A stretch of DNA of 64,000 bases from an uncultured Gammaproteobacteria bacterium (GTDB lineage Bacteria > Patescibacteriota > Microgenomatia > UBA10105 > UBA927): the NCBI GenBank assembly GCA_964573695.1, contig CAZNKB010000002.1:109898-173897 (forward strand), read 5' to 3'. The notes beneath the pieces were generated by a model. The model made no database searches. It was given only the letters and a program-made list of their open reading frames with translations, and had not been told where the DNA came from. The translations under genes were made by a program, and so were the position numbers. This document shows positions 59,063 to 64,000 of this stretch, in pieces. Positions within the stretch are counted from its first letter, which is position 1. Every line of letters starts with the position of its first letter.

Positions 59063-59662
59063 TTACTGGAATAGCCGTGCAAATTTAAGGCTGTATTTCA
59101 GATTTTTGCTCCGTTCCCGAATAAATTTGGCAGGTACGCCGCCTACTACCGCGTAGGGGGCTACGTCTCGGGTAACGACGGCCCCCGATGCTATTACGGC
59201 ACCCTTTCCGATCGTCACCCCGGGAAGTATCGTGACCCGCGACCCAATGACCACATAGTCCTCAATCGTGACAGGCGCTCCTATTTCGGCAAATTCAGGA
59301 GAGTCGATATCGTGTTCCATAGTATAAATCCTTGCCTCTCCCGCGATAGATACGTTGTTACCAATCGTAAGCGGCCTTTGCCCTTTACCGGATAACTGCG
59401 TGAGATAGCTATGCAATTTGCCCTCGCCTTTTGGGGTCGCGCGCTTGTATCTGCCGTCCAAAAACGCGTCGTTGCCGATAATCGTGTTGTGACCGATGCG
59501 TACTCCCGAAGGATTATTAAACTGTGCACGCCAGTGAATACTGGAATCTCTTCCTATGCGCACCGCAAATATGTACCGATAGAGAAACAACCGGATAGTA
59601 TGACTCGGAATAAGTCCCGTCATGGTACAAAGATAAACCCAATAATCGATAAAAAATCTCAC
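59063..59662 (-). CDS. Hexapeptide-repeat O-acyltransferase
   Basis: [29 protein letters not shown]. Confidence 0.92.
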   Translation of the reverse strand: MRFFIDYWVYLCTMTGLIPSHTIRLFLYRYIFAVRIGRDSSIHWRAQFNNPSGVRIGHNTIIGNDAFLDGRYKRATPKGEGKLHSYLTQLSGKGQRPLTIGNNVSIAGEARIYTMEHDIDSPEFAEIGAPVTIEDYVVIGSRVTILPGVTIGKGAVIASGAVVTRDVAPYAVVGGVPAKFIRERSKNLKYSLKFARLFQ

Positions 59663-60789
59663 GCTGATCCTTTCTTGCCGACCTGGGTCAACACCGCCAT
59701 AACTTTTTCTGCTGCTTTGTCCCAGGTGAACTCCTTCACCCGCGACTTACCCAGTTCCACCCGTGATTGGCGTATCTTGCCGGTTTCTGATAATGCCTCG
59801 GACAGGCCGTTAGTTATACTGGAAACATTCTCAGGGTCCACGTAAATACCCGCGTCCCCTGCTATTTCCGGAAGGCTCGAAGTCGAACTTACCACCACCG
59901 GTACCCCATGACTCATCGCTTCCAAAACCGGAAGCCCGAATCCCTCATAGAGGCTCGGCAACGCAAAACATGCAGCTCCTTTGTATAACCCCGGTAACGT
60001 ATTGTCGGGTACGTAATCGAGAAAATGCACGCGGTCTTTGATGCCGAACGTTTGGGGGGATGCGAGAATATCATCGTAAAGCCATCCTTTTTTGCCGACG
60101 ATAACAAGCGAGATATCTTTATCTTTAAGCCCGCTGACCGCTTCGATGAGCCGGACAAAGTTTTTACGCGGCTGAAGGGTTCCTACGGAGAGGATGTAGC
60201 GTTTTGGCAAGGAAGGCGATGAATCAGTACGCTTTGCGTGCATAGCATCTCGAGAGACGCTATCCGGTAACGCCGGATAGGCAACCACGACGTTCGGTTC
60301 CGGAACATGGTATGCCTCAATTATAGCACGTTTAGAAAACTCGCTTATGGTTATAATTTTCGCGGCCCGACGCACCGAATACGCAGTCCAATGAACTAAT
60401 TTATACAGATCCTGAGGCCGAAATAGCTCGGGATATTTTAGGTAGGAGACGTCCATAATTGCCATAACCTTGGGAATTCGAGTAAATCGGGGGACATAAT
60501 GCGTCGGCGAAAATACGACGTCGGCCGCGGGTCTGTCCCGGGTAAGCGCGAGGGGAAAACCTGCAAATGTCCAAAGCTGCCGGGGGCGCACGGCGCGATA
60601 CCGAAACGATGCCGACTCACTCGGCATATGTACCGCGACATGGCCCGGCACATATACCCGCACTTCATCAAACATTGCTCGTTGCGTTGCCTGAAGTTTA
60701 GCTATACGGTCAATAAGCTCAAAGGCATACCGCCCGATTCCGACCCGAACTACTGTATTTGCTTCATACCCGTCGATTGCCAGTATCAT
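59659..60789 (-). CDS. Glycosyltransferase family 4
   Basis: [20 protein letters not shown]. Confidence 0.93.
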   Translation of the reverse strand: MILAIDGYEANTVVRVGIGRYAFELIDRIAKLQATQRAMFDEVRVYVPGHVAVHMPSESASFRYRAVRPRQLWTFAGFPLALTRDRPAADVVFSPTHYVPRFTRIPKVMAIMDVSYLKYPELFRPQDLYKLVHWTAYSVRRAAKIITISEFSKRAIIEAYHVPEPNVVVAYPALPDSVSRDAMHAKRTDSSPSLPKRYILSVGTLQPRKNFVRLIEAVSGLKDKDISLVIVGKKGWLYDDILASPQTFGIKDRVHFLDYVPDNTLPGLYKGAACFALPSLYEGFGLPVLEAMSHGVPVVVSSTSSLPEIAGDAGIYVDPENVSSITNGLSEALSETGKIRQSRVELGKSRVKEFTWDKAAEKVMAVLTQVGKKGSA

Positions 60790-61376
60790 GCATCCTCCAA
60801 TCCCGGATACACGACCGTCAGTTTACTTTGTGAAATGCCTAAGAGTTCCTGTGCATCGTGCCTGGTCGCTTCGGAGTCGCAAAAAAACACCGAGCATGCT
60901 TTGGCAGCCCGGGTAAGTCTGCGGGTCTGGGTCGCCACTATATTAGCTGCAACCCTGCCTCGGGCAACGTCCAGCACCGCCTGATTGTGCGATTCCTCGG
61001 GAAACCGTAGCACACTCAGGTCATGTATGGTCGTCACCCCGACCGCAGAAATAAGCGGCGGGTGCGTCCAGTCACTGCTCCAAAAAATATCCAAACTCCC
61101 CGTAAACCACTCCACCGGAACAATATGCATCCGATTCCATAACCAATCCAGTATCGTGGGAGGGATAGCAACCGACACCAGTCGGAGATTTGCCTGTGTA
61201 TCCCGAAACCTATGGAAAAATTCCGAAAAAACGTGGCGCTTACGAAGTGACGCCCCAAACAGCACATACTCATGTTGCGGATACTTTCGGATCAGCGTGG
61301 TAACCAGTTGACGGACATACGTGGCAACTCCTGTCCCCTCATGCGCTATCTGGCTGATATCTATGCCGATTCTCAT
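60786..61376 (-). CDS. Stand-alone N-terminal half of a GT4 glycosyltransferase
   Basis: MRIGIDI..TGVATY, TIHDL, SEAT..D, ends VVYPGLEDA; no EX7E domain. Confidence 0.75.
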   Translation of the reverse strand: MRIGIDISQIAHEGTGVATYVRQLVTTLIRKYPQHEYVLFGASLRKRHVFSEFFHRFRDTQANLRLVSVAIPPTILDWLWNRMHIVPVEWFTGSLDIFWSSDWTHPPLISAVGVTTIHDLSVLRFPEESHNQAVLDVARGRVAANIVATQTRRLTRAAKACSVFFCDSEATRHDAQELLGISQSKLTVVYPGLEDA

Positions 61377-61406
61377 AATAATTTGCAATCCCGCAAAGCG
61401 GGAGTA

Positions 61407-62417
61407 CTATCCTTTCGACGTGTTTGCGCCTGACAGGTACCCCTCCGGGTGCGTTTTGTGCCAACGCATCGCGGATTCTACGATAGAGCGGATATCCGAG
61501 TGCTTTGGCTTCCAGCCGAATTCTTTGGTAATTTTGGTAGGATCCGATACAAGGATAGCCGCATCCCCTGCCCGGCGGGCCGTTTCCCGAACGGGAAACG
61601 CATTTCCGGCGACAGCTTTGACCACCTCTACTACCTCGCGTACGCTGACCCCTAGGCCGGTACCGACGTTGTATACGTCGGTTTTGTGCCCCGAAAAAAG
61701 CGCTTCGAGCCCAACAACATGCGCCTCGCACAAATCCTCAACATGGATATAATCACGAAGGGCCGACCCGTCGGGGGTCTCGTAATCCGTGCCATACATC
61801 AGAAATTCTTTGCGTTTCCCCAGTGCGGTGGCACATGCAAGCGGGATCAGATGAGATTCCGGCAAGTGCATCTCACCATGCGCACCGTCAAGCGACGCCC
61901 CCGCGGCGTTGAAATACCGAAATGATATGCTCGTAATCCCCGATGAACGATCATACACTCGAAGGAGTTCTTCAAACGCCCACTTAGATAATCCGTACGG
62001 GGAAACGGGGTTTTTGGGATGGTTTTCTGCGATAAGGGGAGTTTCGGGATTGCCGTAGACGGCTGCGGTGGAGGAAAAAATGACATGTTTGACGTGAGCC
62101 TCGCGCATACCCTCAAGAAGTGTAATAGGCGCTATCACGTTGTTATGCATGTACCGGATAGGAAGCCTTACGGACTCCTCAACCTGGATATAGCCTGCGA
62201 AATGAAGTACTCCGTCGATTTTATAGTCGCTCAGTACCTTTTTGACAAGCGCCGCATCACCGACATTTCCCTCAACGACAGGGATTCCCGTGGGGAGTGA
62301 TTCTTTGTGTCCAAATTCGAACGTATCCAGCACTATGGGCTCGTATCCGCGGCTAACGAGCATACGGCTCATGTGGCTGCCGATATACCCGGCGCCCCCG
62401 GTAACCAAAATCTTCAT
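61407..62417 (-). CDS. galE: UDP-glucose 4-epimerase
   Basis: GGAGYIGSH, HFA, YGLSK, RYFNAAG, RDYIHV. Confidence 0.93.
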   Translation of the reverse strand: MKILVTGGAGYIGSHMSRMLVSRGYEPIVLDTFEFGHKESLPTGIPVVEGNVGDAALVKKVLSDYKIDGVLHFAGYIQVEESVRLPIRYMHNNVIAPITLLEGMREAHVKHVIFSSTAAVYGNPETPLIAENHPKNPVSPYGLSKWAFEELLRVYDRSSGITSISFRYFNAAGASLDGAHGEMHLPESHLIPLACATALGKRKEFLMYGTDYETPDGSALRDYIHVEDLCEAHVVGLEALFSGHKTDVYNVGTGLGVSVREVVEVVKAVAGNAFPVRETARRAGDAAILVSDPTKITKEFGWKPKHSDIRSIVESAMRWHKTHPEGYLSGANTSKG

Positions 62418-62422
62418 GACCT

Positions 62423-62644
62423 TTATTGTACCCGATGAGGCCGCAAAGTTGAAATGATGATAAACGTCACAAAAAACGCCGCAGCATACCATGTGAGACG
62501 TTCAGCGGTAAAAAACGTCCAGGTCGCAAACAATGGGATAGCCAGTGCGAGGCACCCCAAACCGGCGACAACCAACAAACGCGGCTTGCGGATAGCCAAC
62601 AGCAGCGTGAAAGTAAGAAAAAATACTATATCCTGAGGCTTCAT
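62423..62644 (-). CDS. Small membrane protein (73 aa)
   Basis: MKPQDIVFF...; three hydrophobic segments; fills the operon gap. Confidence 0.65.
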   Translation of the reverse strand: MKPQDIVFFLTFTLLLAIRKPRLLVVAGLGCLALAIPLFATWTFFTAERLTWYAAAFFVTFIIISTLRPHRVQ

Positions 62645-62648
62645 TTCA

Positions 62649-63590
62649 TTACAGCGCCTTGTAATAGGCGATCGTTTGTTTGAGTCCCTGATCAACCGTC
62701 ACCCTGGGCTCCCAGCCTAACAACTTTTTGGCTTTGGCAATATCAGGCTTTCTTTGCATAGGATCATCGGGAGGCAAATCCGTGTGCACTATGTCCGAAG
62801 AGGATTTCATCATCGTTTTTACCTTGTTTGCCAAATCGATCATCGTATATTCCTCGGGATTACCGATATTGACGACTTCGCCTTTGGTTGACTCTTTTTC
62901 CATGAGGCGTATGAGTCCTTCGACCATATCACTCACGAAACAAAACGACCGTGTCTGTTTGCCGTCTCCGTACACGGTAATCGGTTTATTCTGAAGCACC
63001 TGATTTACGAAATTGGATATCACCCGTCCGTCGGTCGGTCTCATCCTGGGGCCATATGTATTAAATATCCGGGCAATCCTAGCGTCGACGCCAAAATTTC
63101 TCACGTAGAGCATGGTCATCATCTCACCAAAACGTTTGGATTCATCGTAGCACGCACGTACGCCATTGGGGTTTACATTCCCCCAGTACGTTTCCTTCTG
63201 CGGATGCTCCTTAGGGTCCCCATACACCTCGGAGGTGGAGGTAAAAAGAAACTTAGCATTGTGTGCTTTCGCAACTTTGAGAAGCGCTCTTGTGCCGACA
63301 GTGTTTACGAGCGCCGTTTCTTCCGGGTACTTCTGGTAGTCCGGCACCGACGCTGGCGAGGCAAGGTGATAAATGTAGCTAATGGGCCCCAACACCGGCA
63401 ATTCATTGATGACGTCGTATTTGATAAACGTAAAATCGGGATGCTTGTTGGCCTCGCGGAGATTCGATTCGCTTCCGGTAATCAGATTGTCGAGTGCAAA
63501 TACTTTGTAGCCTTTTTGAAGCAGGGCATCGACGAGATTACTGCCGATAAATCCGGCCCCTCCTGTCACCACAACATTGGCTTTTGTCAT
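62649..63590 (-). CDS. UDP-glucuronate decarboxylase (UXS-like SDR)
   Basis: GGAGFIGS, LASPAS, STSEVYGDP..HPQ.E.YWGNVN, YDESKR. Confidence 0.93.
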   Translation of the reverse strand: MTKANVVVTGGAGFIGSNLVDALLQKGYKVFALDNLITGSESNLREANKHPDFTFIKYDVINELPVLGPISYIYHLASPASVPDYQKYPEETALVNTVGTRALLKVAKAHNAKFLFTSTSEVYGDPKEHPQKETYWGNVNPNGVRACYDESKRFGEMMTMLYVRNFGVDARIARIFNTYGPRMRPTDGRVISNFVNQVLQNKPITVYGDGKQTRSFCFVSDMVEGLIRLMEKESTKGEVVNIGNPEEYTMIDLANKVKTMMKSSSDIVHTDLPPDDPMQRKPDIAKAKKLLGWEPRVTVDQGLKQTIAYYKAL

Positions 63591-63615
63591 AACGTAATTG
63601 TATCACAGCCACGGA

Positions 63616-63999
63616 TTACGGTTGAGAAAAACCCAACCCAGTAAGCTGCTTCCACTGACTCTCAGTAAGCGCATCGAACAACTCGGCAGTGATATACAGG
63701 CAACCCGGCTTTCCCATGCTCGTCAGCTGTACGTATTTATGTAAAACCTCCCTGGACAAGCTATTGCCAGACGACTGTAGAGCAGGACAGCTGTAATACA
63801 TATCCGGGGGTGTCTCCCGAAACATTGTGGTTCTCATTGTCTGATATTTCAGGATCGAGCTTTCTGTAGGAATATAGAGACTCAATGGATATGAGGAATC
63901 GCGGCGGGATTCCCAGTAGATAATATCGTCCCACACGTCCAAAAAAAGCGTATGTTTTGGAGTCGAAACGATCTGTATTGCCTGGGAATAGTGGGAATA
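63616..63999 (-). CDS. Hypothetical protein, partial (open to right edge)
   Basis: Frame has no stop from the window end to 63616. Confidence 0.45.
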   Translation of the reverse strand, partial: YSHYSQAIQIVSTPKHTLFLDVWDDIIYWESRRDSSYPLSLYIPTESSILKYQTMRTTMFRETPPDMYYSCPALQSSGNSLSREVLHKYVQLTSMGKPGCLYITAELFDALTESQWKQLTGLGFSQP

Positions 64000-64000
64000 T

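Overview
Bacterial chromosome segment, almost entirely minus-strand coding. Gene content and style (alpha2-type GlyRS, type-2 IleRS, DUF4012, membrane-anchored MurF, few Shine-Dalgarno sites) suggest a Patescibacteria/CPR (Microgenomates-like) genome; this is inference. Left to right: end of a surface-glycan locus with an AT-rich tract and a secreted LCAT-like hydrolase (1-4.4 kb); small ORFs, thermonuclease, tRNA-binding protein, tRNA-Val, lepB; ileS-rodA-rplU-methylase-rpmA-parB; a few accessory genes (beta-propeller, kinase/GNAT-like/Nudix fusion); an expanded dcw cluster (mraZ to ftsZ); glyQS and recO; and a long glycosyltransferase cluster (47.5-63.6 kb). No CRISPR, transposase or integrase was seen. 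The most interesting signal is non-coding: two T-box riboswitches (ileS, glyQS) whose cognate codon sits in the apical loop of an ultra-short Stem I. The glyQS element also appears to lack Stem II/IIA-B, which would make it a minimal T-box. There is also a recurring -10 box about 6 nt before ATG, suggesting leaderless mRNAs. All RNA structures and GC values were derived by hand.
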